Made by a program: the position numbers and the translations under genes | The notes under the pieces: model-generated | The model's database searches: none | Told to the model about the DNA's origin: nothing | The model's input: only the letters and a program-made list of their open reading frames with translations | From: Octopus sinensis | Taxonomy: Eukaryota | Direction of reading: 5' to 3' | NCBI RefSeq assembly: GCF_006345805.1 | Contig: NW_021833735.1 | Span: 3,399-67,398 of the forward strand | DNA length: 64,000 nt | In this document: positions 1 to 14,559 of the stretch, one piece after another | How the letters are laid out: each line of letters begins with the position of its first letter | Numbering within the stretch: the stretch's first letter is position 1

Positions 1-329
1 ACGCGGACAATGTATATAACTACAGCACAAACAAAAACAACAAAAGGTAGAAGCGAAGAAATCTTTCGAGTAAAACTCACTAATGCAGGAACAACAACTA
101 CAAGAATAACGCCGATGCCATCGCCACTAGCGAGACCAAAAATGGCAGCGATGTCGATAGCAACAAAAGGAATAATAAATGCAGTAAGAAATCATATAAA
201 CAAGAGAAATGCTTAAACCACGAAGACATTGTGGAGAGTTTTTCACAAATCTAAGAAAGTTACAGAATAAAATATGGACCACATTGGATGGAGACATACG
301 AATGTAACGCACGCAAACACGCATTACGC

Positions 330-425
330 ACACACACACAAACACACACTCACGTACAGTGCAGCATAGTTACATGAATATAAATGCATACATGTATATC
401 TATATGTGTGTATATGTGTGTGTAT

Positions 426-463
<38 letters not shown>

Positions 464-690
464 CATATAGATACATACACATATACATACATATATATGT
501 ATATATGTATATATATATATATATATATGTATGGGTGTGCATGTATATACATATATATACATATATATACATATATATATATTTATATATATGCATATAG
601 ATACACACACTCACATACACATATATCTATATATCTATATATCTATCTATATATGTGTGTGTGTGTGTATAAATAGATAGATAGACAGAC

Positions 691-789
<99 letters not shown>

Positions 790-943
790 CAGATAAATAT
801 TTGCATAGATTTGTCTAAAATATACATAGACAAACTTGCATTCCCAAACAAACACATCCAAGCTCATGCAAACACATATATATATACACAGGCAGATACA
901 CAGAAACACACACATACATACATACATGTATTTATGTATATAA

Positions 944-990
<47 letters not shown>

Positions 991-1170
991 CATACATATA
1001 TCTGTATCCAATATATATGTATACACATGTATATACATATATACAAATCCAAATATCTACGTCTTATAAAAAATATTTATCTCGTGCTTACATATATATG
1101 CACATCCATATATATATTTATACTCACGTTCAACCATACAAACACACACACACACACACACACATACACG
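330..1170. repeat. Compound microsatellite block (CA)n/(TA)n/(GATA)n
   Basis: Directly visible di- and tetranucleotide runs, e.g. (GATA)n at about 673-790; overlapping ORFs translate to YIYI/LSIY only. Confidence 0.97.
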
Positions 1171-1645
1171 CCTCTACCGTGACATACTTACACACGCCAG
1201 GCTCAACGTGAATAAAAGAGCGAGCCTAATAAAAATGGTGATAAGATTTACAGAAAACTGTAAAACATGCAAGATTGATCGTGAAAACACGCCATTTCCG
1301 TTGTGGAGAAAGAAGTCAATTGTTAAGATTAACTTGACGCAATCAATGCCCACAAGGGGGCGTGTTTATCGTACCATCCTCTGCAGCGCATTTTAACGCT
1401 GAACGTAACAAAGTAGGGACGGATTCTGTTCGGAAAAATTACCAGACGTAAATAGACGGTGTGATTCATTATCAGATAAAATATGTGTGTATATATGTGT
1501 ATGTGTGTGTGTGTGTGTGTGTATATGTATATCTACATCTGTCAGCGCATTAACAGAATTTCAACCATATCTGCAGTTATTTCTTCAGAGATATATACTT
1601 AAGCGAAGGCACGCACGTATGTGTGTAAGTATCTATATATACATG

Positions 1646-1686
<41 letters not shown>

Positions 1687-1745
1687 ATGTCTGTGTGTGT
1701 CTGTGTGTCTGTGTGTGTGTATACTATATATGTAAGTATATATAT

Positions 1746-1789
<44 letters not shown>

Positions 1790-2464
1790 ATATATATTAT
1801 ATGTATGTATGTATATATATATTATATACATATACATGTATTCATATAAGTATCACATATCTATCTATCTTTCTATCTCTCACTCTCTCTCTCTATCTAT
1901 CTACACACAGACACACATATATATAGAGAGAGAGAGACAAGCAGACAGACAGAGAAAGAGAGAAAAGGGAGATAGTTACATATAGATATTTCCATATATA
2001 TATATATGTATATATGTATGAATATATGCATATATGTATATATTTCTGTATGTGTGTGTGTATGTACGTATGTGCGTATATAGAGTAATCTCTGTGTTCA
2101 AGTTCTACGCTTTTTTTTTCTGTATTTTTCAAACGAAAGTAAAGAGACCAGGGTAATAAATTCATTGACACTCTCGGGTAGAACAATGCGAGATCACTAA
2201 AGTTTTGCAGGTTGACAACCAGCGAGACGGTCGCACAGACAGGTTTCGTTATGCACCTCACTAACGCCACCATCGTCAGTTTCGTGCTTCAACAATTGCA
2301 TTCATCTCACGTCGAATGAGGCGAGTGAAACACGAACTTTCAGCGTCTATACACAACCGATCAGGCATTGGTCTGCTTAGTTGTGTATACACACACACAC
2401 ATATATACTCGAACACGTACAAATATATATATATATCTAAAATTATATGTGCATGTATATGCAG

Positions 2465-2518
2465 ACAGATAGATAGATATATAGATAGATAGATAGATAG
2501 ATAGTTAGATAGATAGAT

Positions 2519-2553
<35 letters not shown>

Positions 2554-2554
2554 T

Positions 2555-2588
<34 letters not shown>

Positions 2589-2620
2589 TAGATAGATAGA
2601 TAGTTAGATAGATAGATAGT

Positions 2621-2694
<74 letters not shown>

Positions 2695-2695
2695 T
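2465..2695. repeat. (GATA)n microsatellite
   Basis: About 230 bp of nearly pure agat repeats. Confidence 0.97.
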
Positions 2696-2823
2696 TTGGC
2701 TTGGTAAAAAATTTAACAGGCCCACACATTGACATATCTCTTTATGTTGTATTTATATCGCTGCCATTCCTTATATCTATCCATCTATTTATCTATCGAC
2801 TTTCTTATCTATCTATTATCTAT

Positions 2824-2867
<44 letters not shown>

Positions 2868-2919
2868 TTATCTACCTATCTATCTCTCACTCTCTCTATA
2901 TATATATGTTTATATATAT

Positions 2920-2964
<45 letters not shown>

Positions 2965-3537
2965 TATATATATATATATGTATATGTCTATATATATATA
3001 TATGTGTTCTCTCTATATATATATGTCTATATATATATGTGTCTATATATATATATATATATATACATACATGCAGACACATGCGGGTATATGCATCTAG
3101 TTGTGTATGTGTATATCTTAGATTTCAACATCAACGGACTCCTCATCTCTTCTGCAAGCATAGTAAATGTCCACTACAAGCACGCTCCATTATTACCACC
3201 ACCACCACCACCACCACCACTACTACCACCACCTCGCCCCCACCCCCACGACCACCTCCACCGTATGTTAACTTTACCTTCGCTTTCTCTTCCCAACAAC
3301 AGCAGCAGCGACACCAAAACTTGCAGCTTCCATACGAAGCACAACGCCATTATTATGCAATCACACTTAAAACTCAAATCCATACATACACACACGCATT
3401 CACTCTCTCTCTCTCTTCCTCTCTCTCCTCCTCTCTCTCCATCTCTCTTTGAGAAACACACACACACACACACATTCATTCAGACACCCTAGCAGCAGAA
3501 CCGGCAACACAACACCAACATCTTCGGGATTCTTTTT

Positions 3538-3574
<37 letters not shown>

Positions 3575-3824
3575 CACTACTACTGCCGCTGCTGACACCA
3601 TATACATGAGTATCACCAACTTCACCATGCCCGTCACCACCAACATCACCACACCCACCACCACAGCCATTTATCCAAGACCATCATAATCATCATCATG
3701 TTTATGATTTAGCTGACCAAAATGAGATTTACTATGACTTCTTCACTAGCATTACTTACACATATATTCCTATATGTATATACATGTATATATATATATA
3801 TATATAATACATCTTATATATATA

Positions 3825-3865
<41 letters not shown>

Positions 3866-4017
3866 ATATAATATACGTATATATATTATATATGTGTGTG
3901 TGTATATATATATACATATATACACACTCACAGCACACATAACTATAATCACACACACATATATGTATATACGTCTCTCTATATATATATACATATATAT
4001 ACATATACACACATCAT

Positions 4018-4049
<32 letters not shown>

Positions 4050-4116
4050 CATACAAACACGTATATAGATAGATAGACAGACAGACAGACAGATAGATAT
4101 ATATATATATATATAT

Positions 4117-4147
<31 letters not shown>

Positions 4148-4173
4148 TAGATAGATAGATATAGATAGATAGG

Positions 4174-4208
<35 letters not shown>

Positions 4209-4701
4209 CCGGATGGATGGATAGATAACTAGTTAGATACATACACACACACACACATATATATATATATACACATACATACGTAGATGCTTGCACATTT
4301 ATAAACACACGTACAACGGAAACACATACAATATATATATTGAAGTTCACACACACACACATATATATGCACGCCCTTGCACGTGTTTCCATTTGCATAT
4401 ATCAACATATTTACATGCATGTAAACTTATCTATATATAACAATGTTCACAAATACACACGCGAAGATACACACACAGACACATATACGCATGTACGCAT
4501 ATATGTGTAAGGATGCACGCATTCGTCTCCACTATTCACAAGAGTAACGCTGAGCATGCGCAATAAGTATATGCACAAGCGCACACACGCATGTATGTTC
4601 ATATGCACATTTGCCTTCACCTAGTTCGAAAGCTCACACGCTCACACTATGGTCCTGACAGAGGCTTATGCGCGTACACAAGTAAAGATTTATACACACA
4701 C

Positions 4702-4749
<48 letters not shown>

Positions 4750-4827
4750 TAGATAGATAGATACATGCATACATACATGCATACATACATATATACATAC
4801 ATATAGATATGTATGTATGTCTATATC

Positions 4828-4878
<51 letters not shown>

Positions 4879-4899
4879 TACATCTATACATACTACATA

Positions 4900-5222
4900 G
4901 AATGATCCATACAAGCATACATACATACAAATAAACATACATACATACCATATGTTACGTATACATACATATATACATACATTACATAAGACAGACAGAC
5001 AGACAGACAGATAGATAGATAGATGAAATGATCTATACAAGCATACATACATACATACATACGTACATACATACATACATACATACGTACATACATACAT
5101 ACATACATACGTACATACATACGTACATACATACATACATACATACATACATACATACAGACATACGTATATATATACATACATACATACAACATACATA
5201 CATACATATATACATACAAGCA
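4900..5222. repeat. (CATA)n/(GACA)n microsatellite
   Basis: Long atac repeat run. Confidence 0.95.
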
Positions 5223-5462
5223 TGAATGCATGCAAATGGCGGAGAACTATGCATAAAAATGCAGAGAAAACATTGGCAGACTGAGGGAGCTACATACATG
5301 GAAAGAAAGCAAAATATGAGCAGAAGCATATATAGTCACGCGTAGAATCATTGTGTATATACACCCACCTACTGTGACATTAACATTATTCATACAGATG
5401 CGCACATTTACGTGAACTTAAGACTAAATACACAGTAATATATCGGTGGCCATTCGCTATTA

Positions 5463-5510
<48 letters not shown>

Positions 5511-5817
5511 CCGTTTCGTAGGAATGTATATTTGTATATGTATACGGCTTGTATATTATCTAAATTTTTCTTTTATTCGAGAGAATTTCTTCCCTTCTCA
5601 TTCGGAGTCGATAGTTATTGACATTAGGCGTTTGTTTACCTTATTTCCAAACAGACATAATTTTGGTAAAACAAGGACTGGCCATCTTTGTTATTTAGCA
5701 TAACTTTGTTCATTTTTATCGTCCAATTTCAAACCACTGTCTACAATTAGCCATTCCTCTAAGCAAATTACATACATATATACATACATACATATATAAT
5801 ATATACATACATATACA

Positions 5818-5849
<32 letters not shown>

Positions 5850-5949
5850 CAGGAATACACACATATATACACACGCACACACATACATATATACGTGCAA
5901 ACGTGCACACACATATACATACATACACACACATACATACATACATACA

Positions 5950-5983
<34 letters not shown>

Positions 5984-7619
5984 CATTATATATATATATT
6001 ATGAGTTGCCATATTTCTTTCTGTTTTAGCGCGTTTCAGGTTGCCGATTTACAGGCGATTATTGAAAACAGGTTTTTGCTTACAAAGACTTTTCACGGCA
6101 AACTCAGAATAATGGTTTATAATGTTTTGAGTTTTGAATAAATATTCCATTATACTAACCTAACTGTTAGGTGCGTACATTCATTCACAGCTCTGTTTAA
6201 AGACACATGAATACATATACACTCTCACACAAGCACATCCTTACACAGCTGCCTTCAGAACGAACTCACGCAAACACACACACACACACACACACATAAC
6301 ACACGTACGCAAAAATGCATACAAAAATATATATACATGCATTCATGCCCACAAACACACGTACGTGCAACTACGCTGCGATCACAGTCTCCAAATCCAA
6401 CCAGTCATCTTTCTCTCTTTCTCTCCCACTCAAACACACATTAATCTGCATATTTATGCAGATATTCTACACACATGTACGAAAATATACACACATGCAC
6501 AACATATGTATAAAATATATATTACACTTACACACACATATACACGCGCACACACAAAAATCTCACACGCAAGTTTAAGCAGTGTAATAACTAGAGGGAA
6601 CTTTATAGTTTACCATACGAATGTGTACACACACACACTGAAACATTGTAATAAATGCACAAGGACTCATACATAGATACGTCTAATCACACACACACAC
6701 ACACACTTACACACACATGCACGCACATACATCAAGGCCCACAAAAGTTCGACAGACGGAGGCAGCCTAATAAAGACGTAGATACTTATACACACACATA
6801 TACACTCACACATTCATACACACACACATGCTCAATCAGACACACACACGCACACACTTATACATACACACACACGTGCATACATACATACACACTCATA
6901 CATACATACATACGTACATGCATACGATGCACACGTAAATACATAAGCATAGATACGCTAGACACACACCGCATACATGCTTATAAAGAGGAACGTATAT
7001 ATACACACACACACACACCAAACATACACACATACACATGCTCTCACAGACACGCATATACACGCACACACATAGACTAACATGCACATCGTCACACACA
7101 ACTATATAGACAGAGTGTTCATAGGCTTACACACACACATGGGCGCAGCCTAATAAAGATATAGATACTTACACACACATGCACAAACGCACACATGCTC
7201 ACGCACGCACATACACACACATAACTCTCTCTCTCTCTCTCTCTCTCTCTCAGACACACACAAACACACTCTCACACACTCGCATTCATACTCACACGCA
7301 CACATACTCATGCATACGTACAATCCACACACATTTGCATACACACCAACTCTAGGCGCACATATACACACCGCATGCATACATATACAGAGCCACGCAC
7401 ACACACTTACACACACAGGGCTATATATTGATATACATACACACACAAACACGCATACACATAGACACACACGGACACAGACGCACACATATATGCCTAT
7501 ACGTAGACATGGACACACATGCACACACATCGTGTAGGTAGCTGGAGACTGGCAGAAAATTATAGGCTTCATCCATGATGATGGCTGGAATATATTATTA
7601 ATTGGCTCACATTTCCATG

Positions 7620-8200
7620 AGCAGCACCGAACCCCCTCCCCCCGCGCCAGTACCACCGCCACCGCCCCCTCGCATCCAAAGCCACCCCTCCACACCGTTC
7701 ACCCAACCAACCGCTCCCTACCTTACACAAGCACTACGGCATCCTTGCGCCACCACCGCCACACGTCCTCCGCCTTCGCCACCACTGAACACCCACCGCC
7801 ACCGCCCTACTGTGCGCCACCCATGTCCTACATCAGACGCCCCACCACCACCACTCCAACACCACCACCACCACTCCAACACCACCACCCCATGCACACA
7901 TTCCCCACACACTCTTTTCCTTCCATCTTTCGCTGTTCTAGCGTCGCCACCACCCCACCTCCACCCACCACCAACTCAGTCATCACATACCATGTGCCAC
8001 AGCACCATGCTACACCACCACCGCCGCCACTGCCACCACCACCGCTATCACCACCACCAGCGTCACCGCCATCATCAACATCATCGTCGTCATTATCATC
8101 CTCATCATCACCATCGCAAAGCCATTGCTGCACTACACGCCATCACGCCAGGCCACCACTGCAACCATCGCACCCGACACCACAGCGACAAAGACTACCA
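7620..8200. repeat. Degenerate (CCA)n/(CAT)n C-rich low-complexity tract
   Basis: cca/cac/cat triplets; ORFs give poly-P/H/T in all frames with no domain. Confidence 0.85.
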
Positions 8201-9044
8201 ATGAGAATGCTAGAAATAACAGCAGCGAAATCACCCTTAAATCACACGCATGAAGAAGGATATATTGACTAGTGTAGTCTAAATCTATGTGATGGTCGTG
8301 GCTGGAGCCCTTTTAAGTTAAAGGATGGAAATATTAGCTCATGAGGTCTAGAGACAGGAATGCAGTGGGGCTATGGAACAACAACAACAACGACAACATT
8401 CTAAAATGCATCTCATCACCATGTTTCCCTAACACTCGTCACACTGCGATACCGACCTAAATTAGGGGGCCTCTCGGTGGCTGCTGAATTTGCTAGTAGT
8501 AGCAGCCAAATCAACCTCAAATCACACACACACAATACCGTAGTAATAAGGAAATGGTACGTTGAAATACATTAGCCACAGAAATAACCTTACGTTGGAA
8601 GTCTGTTTGTGTTAGGTACTCTGGCACTGACCCCACAACAAAACGACCCTCAATCGAACATCGTAAATGATCAGTGGCAGCAGCAGCAGTAACATCGTCA
8701 CCATCATTACTACCACAACCATCATCATCATCATAATCATCATCATCATCATCATCATTAACATCATCATCATCATTATCATCATCAGCATAATCGTCCG
8801 CAACATCTGGAAAATGACAGAGTAGTCACAGTTGGAAGGCTTTTATATAATAGGCTCTCCTGACCAATAATAGCAACGATACTGACCGATGCGAGATCAC
8901 GTACGGTTCACTTCGTGTCCATTAACGTCTGCCTTATCTCATCAAATACATGAAGTTACCTTTTTTCAAGTTCAACCTGGTAGTATGCACACGTTCAGGA
9001 ACAACACACATGTATATATGTATATATAATGTGTGTGTATGTGT

Positions 9045-9395
9045 AACACAAATGAGCTGAGGTCTCTTACAGCTGTTTCAGATACATTTTTATTGATTAG
9101 CAAGTCAATTACATTATAAAGATAAGCCGTTTTCTTCAGACGAATTGAAATTTAAATCTAAAATTTAACATTTAAGATTTTGCCCATAAAGATTTTTCCC
9201 ATTAAGATTTTGCACATAAAGATCTCTTGATCGTGATGGAGATGAAGGCAGTCAAAACCCATAATACATTCTTCGTGTGTAAAATCTTAAACGTTTAAAT
9301 TATAATTCACCTGAAGAAAACGGAATGTTTTGATGATGTAATTCATTTGTGCATCAACGAAATATGCATCAGAAACAGCTACCCATTTCTGTAAT
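9045..9395. repeat. Degenerate fold-back (inverted repeat) element
   Basis: agctgtttcagatacattt vs aatatgcatcagaaacagct; ccgttttcttcagacgaatt vs aattcacctgaagaaaacgg; tttaagattttgc vs gtaaaatcttaaa. Confidence 0.75.
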
Positions 9396-9774
9396 TATTA
9401 ACACTGCCCAACACTCGGACCCCTCCTTACATTGGATATGGTACTTACATTAGATTGTGGTGTAAGTTTACGTATACATGCGTACTTATATCTACGAGTA
9501 TATTGATCTATCCATGTGCGGATTCATGTAAGTGGTACGTCAAGTATGTATAGACATTAGCATACACATGCATGTCCAAATATACTGTTGATACACGGAT
9601 ATGCTGAACTCTATCCTACTTTGGTGTACACATTAAGAAAATACCTTGATTTTATTCGATCCTGCAAATGATTAATGTCCCTAGTATATACATATATATT
9701 ATGTAGTATCAAGAATCTAAGTTACACAAATCCAGTTCACATATCCATTTATATTTATTCGGCCCTAGATCCAA

Positions 9775-10390
9775 CATGCATGCATTTCTCTAAAAGCATA
9801 TTCAATACATCAAACATTAAAAATTTATAGATATATAAAAATATACGGAGTAATCAATACATTAAAAATATACATATAAATACAAATAAATATATACAGA
9901 TATATGCATTAAAATATATAAAAAATTAAATACATATACAGGTCGACTTACAGATTATAAAACGAAATCATAAAAAGAGTTAAGAGTCTGGAAGACGAAA
10001 AGTTCGTGTGCTAATAATCAAGTTAATAATCCTACGGTTGTTTCTGGGGGTCCGGTTATCCAGTTATATAAAAGATATTTGCATCCATTATTTGATACCA
10101 CCCTCTTCATCCGAGAAAATACTGTGTTTTTAGCCTTTTTAGAAATTCATTTTTCCCTTATGAAGGGGATGGCGTCCAGTAATGGGCGCAAATATGCTTT
10201 ATATGACTGGACAACCGGACACCCAGAAACAGCCGTAGCATTATTAACACGAACATTTTGCCTTCCCGACTCTTAACTCTTTTTATGATTTCGTTTTATA
10301 ATCTGTAAGTCGACCGGTATATGTATTTATTTTTTTCAATATATTTTTAATGGATATATCAATATATGTTTTTAGAGAAATCCATACAGG
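9775..10390. mobile_element. Long inverted-repeat element (fold-back/MITE-like)
   Basis: Left arm (gtcgacttacagattataaaacgaaatcataaaaagagttaagagtc...gtccggttatccagttatataaa) is the reverse complement of the right arm at about 10195-10320; homology extends to atttctctaaaa / ttttagagaaat. Confidence 0.8.
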
Positions 10391-10547
10391 TTGGGTTTAG
10401 GGTTGAATAAATATAAATGTATATGTGCACTTGATTTGCCGAAATTCGATTCTTCCTTCTGCATTATTCTCAACGCATCAGGTTTGAATAACTTGAGCAC
10501 ATCAAAGTGAAGTCTATGCATTGAAGAAAATATTTTTCCTTATAATC

Positions 10548-10580
<33 letters not shown>

Positions 10581-10673
10581 CGCATACATATAGCATTACC
10601 GGCACAACACACATGTACATGTATGTGTGTATGTGTGTGCGTGTATGTGTATATTTATAAGTATATGTATCTG

Positions 10674-10710
<37 letters not shown>

Positions 10711-10801
10711 GCATATATATATCATCACCGGCACAACACACATGTACATATATGTGTGTGTGTGTGTATGTGTATATGTATATTTATAAGTATTGTATCT
10801 G

Positions 10802-10840
<39 letters not shown>

Positions 10841-11919
10841 TATATATATACATACATACATACATACATACATACATACATACATACATACATACATACA
10901 TACATACATACAATAGGATTAGAAATTCACTTGCGCTTGTTCATAATCTTTCAATCTGCAGCTAAGGTAGCCGTTTACAAAGGCTGCTCGCACATGGATG
11001 TGTGTGTGTTTGTGTCCTTTCACATAAGTAGAGGAATAGAACAAACCTGAGATGAAAAAGGACATAAATTCCTAGACTTGTTCAATTATTCCTCAATTTC
11101 TAAACCGATGTTACAATTTTGATATTCTTGGACAGAGCAGTGTAAATGTTGTTAGCTGTTGCATAAGGATTCATGGTTATATTTGCCAATATATATCTAC
11201 TTTTTTTTTTATTACTTCGTATTTCTTCCATATTATTGTCAGCACATTGCGAGAAAAGGAGAATTCGATATTTAAGGAAAATATTCATTGTTCATTGGTC
11301 CATTTCATTTGTCTGATATCTGGCTATGAACTGTGATGACGATGTACTGTCACTCCTTTCCTGAAAACTAATCCAAATAAACAAATAATTGCAGATAAAT
11401 CTATGGATGCCATGAACTCGAAGGACTGGCATTGAATGCGAAATGTTTAGCCAAAGTAACGTCTTTAATTTTAGATGATTCTTCCACAAAGAGGAAGTAT
11501 TCCCAGAATCGAATAAAACAATTTATACAGTCGAAGGAAAATTACGAAAGGAAAAGAAAAGTTTCAGACATAGCGAAAGAATGAAGACTAGATGGAAAAA
11601 GGAACCAGCAACAAGTACAGAATTAACAATATGTACAATGGATAAGATGATCGCTTCTAGGAACCAATCGAGAGAAATTGCGTCGCTCTAAGGAATACAC
11701 TCAAAATAAGATAGCGAAGTTATTTAAGCTGTCGAAAAAAAGCCACCAACGCAATAAATTCTGGCGAGAAGACTAAAATTAAATCTACCATTACAAAACT
11801 CGGACTTCAATGAAATACAAAGATCTGCGAAATATTAAACCTAACACAATTATTTGAATAAACAAAAGAAGGAGGAATTCGGTTGGTATTTTTACACCAG
11901 TCAATGCTAATATATATAC

Positions 11920-12130
11920 TTTTATCTATTATCATTCAGTTACTTCAGCCATTGGACTGCGGCCATACTGGGGCAGTACCATTAAAGAATTTTAGTCGAA
12001 CGAATCGACCCCAGTTCTTAATTTAACTTGGTTCATATTATATTGGGCCATTTTGGTGAACTGCTAAGCTACGGCAACGTAAACACAGCAACGCCGATCG
12101 TCGAGCGATGGCAGGAGACGAACAGACACA
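11920..12130 (-). mobile_element. SINE family A body/tail fragment
   Basis: ttcagccattggactgcggccatactggggcag...gctaagctacggcaacgtaaacacagc, homologous to other copies in the window. Confidence 0.8.
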
Positions 12131-12254
12131 CGTGCACAGAAACATATATAAGTGTGTGTAAGTGTATATACACACATATATATACATATAAATATATATA
12201 TATACACACATACACATATATATATATCTATTTATAAGTATATACATATATACT

Positions 12255-12462
12255 CTCTTTTACTCTTTTACTTGTTTCAGTCATTTGACTGCGGCCATGC
12301 TGGAGAACCGCCTTTAGTCGAGCAAATCGACCCCGGGACTTATTCTTTCTAAGCCCAGTACTTATTCTATTGGTCTCTTTTGCCGAACCGCTAAGTGACA
12401 GGGACGTAAACACACCAGCATCGGTTGTCAAGCAATGCTAGGGGGACAAACACAGACACACA

Positions 12463-12470
<8 letters not shown>
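12255..12470 (-). mobile_element. SINE family A body/tail
   Basis: tttacttgtttcagtcatttgactgcggccatgctggagaaccgcctttagtcgagcaaatcgacccc...catcggttgtcaagc; reverse complement of 59230-59432. Confidence 0.9.
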
Positions 12471-12493
<23 letters not shown>

Positions 12494-12515
12494 ATATATA
12501 TATAATATATATATA

Positions 12516-12569
<54 letters not shown>

Positions 12570-12584
12570 AATATATATATATAT

Positions 12585-12631
<47 letters not shown>

Positions 12632-12948
12632 TTGGCGCGAGTACGATCAGTTCGAAAATTTTAGGTCAGATATTGCCGAAGCGGTAATGTTGCTGCCTCG
12701 TGTATCTCTCTCCCTCCTGGCTTTCTTTACTGATGAATTTGTTGGCCTATGGAAGATTGACTTGATTTAATTTAATCAGGCTGATTTACCATTAAAAAAC
12801 GATGAAACAATGCATTGTCTAAAGACAAACGGGTAAATGTTTTTTAAATTTTCTCCTGGTTTACGGAATTACTACTATTTTGCGGTTGAAGCCTTGTCTG
12901 TTATTTCTAGTGGGTTGAACGGCCTATTATGGCCGTTCCTTAATTTGT

Positions 12949-13010
<62 letters not shown>

Positions 13011-13013
<3 letters not shown>

Positions 13014-13170
13014 GATAGGCTTCTTTCAGTTTCTGCCTACAAAATCGCTCGCAAGCCTTGAGGGTCGACCCGAGGCAATAGTAGAAGACACTTGCCCAAG
13101 GTGCCACTGAGGGAGATTGAACCCGCAACCATGTAGTTGGGAAGGAAACTTCTTACCACACGGCCACGCC
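13011..13170 (-). mobile_element. SINE family A tRNA-derived head
   Basis: Minus strand reads ggcgtggccgtgtggtaagaag...gggttcaatctcc (A/B-box-like) then caccttgggcaagtgtcttctact (CORE/V-like motif). Confidence 0.85.
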
Positions 13171-13608
13171 AGCATCTTCAGGACAAAAAGCTTAGTGAAG
13201 TCACGATCCCTGTTTGCTTAGTTTTCGCCTGGTTTAACGAATGGTTTGTAAAACATGTCAGAAGACGAAACTATTTACATATAATCTATGATTATCGCTG
13301 TCTCTCTCTCGCTTTCTCCTTTTGTTTTTCCAGCCCAGCGTTAGCTAAGTCAGTTAACGTTGGACATATGCGTGTGTGTATGTATACATGTGTATACATA
13401 TATACACATATACATATATGTATATATATACATTTATATATATATATATATATATATATACATACATTTATACATATATGTGTGTATATATATATATGTA
13501 TATTTATCTATATCTATCTATCTCCTTCTCTCCATCTCCCTCTCTCTTTCTCTTTCTCTTTCTTTCTCTGTCTCTGTATCTCTCTCTCTCTCTGTCTCTC
13601 TCTCTTTC

Positions 13609-13654
<46 letters not shown>

Positions 13655-14173
13655 ATACATACTTGCATACATACATACGCACGAACACTTTCAAAGCACC
13701 TGTTGAATAGAAAAAGCCCAGGTAATTCTGTATTGGTAGAGTATTTATTTATTTATTTATTCATTTCTATTTCCGCGCCATCTACCTTTGTACCCGAAAA
13801 AATACACCAGAGAACCACATAACATGGGTGCCTTCATAGACGCGTGCTGTAAACAAAATTGTTAAGGGCCAGATGAACAACTAACAACGTACAAAGGAGT
13901 CTATAACACACAAATGAACGACCAACCTCATTTCATGGACCACTTCCCGTTCTGCAATGAATTGCTTATTAGTTTTTTTTTAAAGTTCCTTTCACTTATT
14001 CAAGGTTTCCTTCTCCTACTTCCTCTTTATTAATTGTTTCAGTGTCACACTTCACTTCGTCGCAATATTTACCGTAACTCATGCGGAAACGGGGGTGGGG
14101 AAATAAATGTAAAAATACGTAACTATCCCCTATTGTTTGTCTTTCCTCTTTCTTGCTCTAGTTGCCGTTTCAT

Positions 14174-14237
<64 letters not shown>

Positions 14238-14559
14238 GTTGCTGCTGTTGCTCTTGTTGTTGTTGTTAAACAACAAGACGGGTAAGGGTGATTAGGTGAT
14301 GGTCTAGGGCTTAGGGATGAGAGACCCCAGACCTTGGAAAAAAGAAACTTTGGTCGTTTTGTTGCAGTCGAGGGCTCTTCGTCGACACCCGACACCACTG
14401 GGCGGTGGCCCTCGAAGTCGCTGGAAATGGAGATCTCCACGTCCAAATCTTTAGACGGCGACTGCTGCTGCTGCTGCTGCTGATGCTGCCGCCGCCTCTG
14501 CTGCTGCTCTTTTTTCTTCTTCTTCATCACTGTGTAGCCCTTTCGCTATCTTATCGTGC

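Noticed and set aside
84-270. Open frame NNYKNNADAIATSETKNGSDVDSNKR...KVTE* as a terminal exon
   Set aside because: Low-complexity AAC/AAT-derived composition, no recognisable domain, no supporting exons.
2350-2392. Hairpin tatacacaac...gttgtgtata as a pre-miRNA
   Set aside because: Only a 10-bp stem built from microsatellite-like sequence; the interior pairs poorly.
324-7700. Dozens of 60-200 aa ORFs (YIYI, LSIY, CMYV, HTHT)
   Set aside because: Pure translations of stop-free microsatellites; the same applies to most ORFs across the window.
7602-8272. Pro/His-rich ORFs as extensin- or formin-like genes
   Set aside because: Degenerate (CCA)/(CAT) repeat open in several frames and on both strands.
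11100-11290. Possible Tc1 HTH remnant (ILANITMNPYATANNIYTALS)
   Set aside because: Similarity too short and weak; no TIR or DDE segment found.
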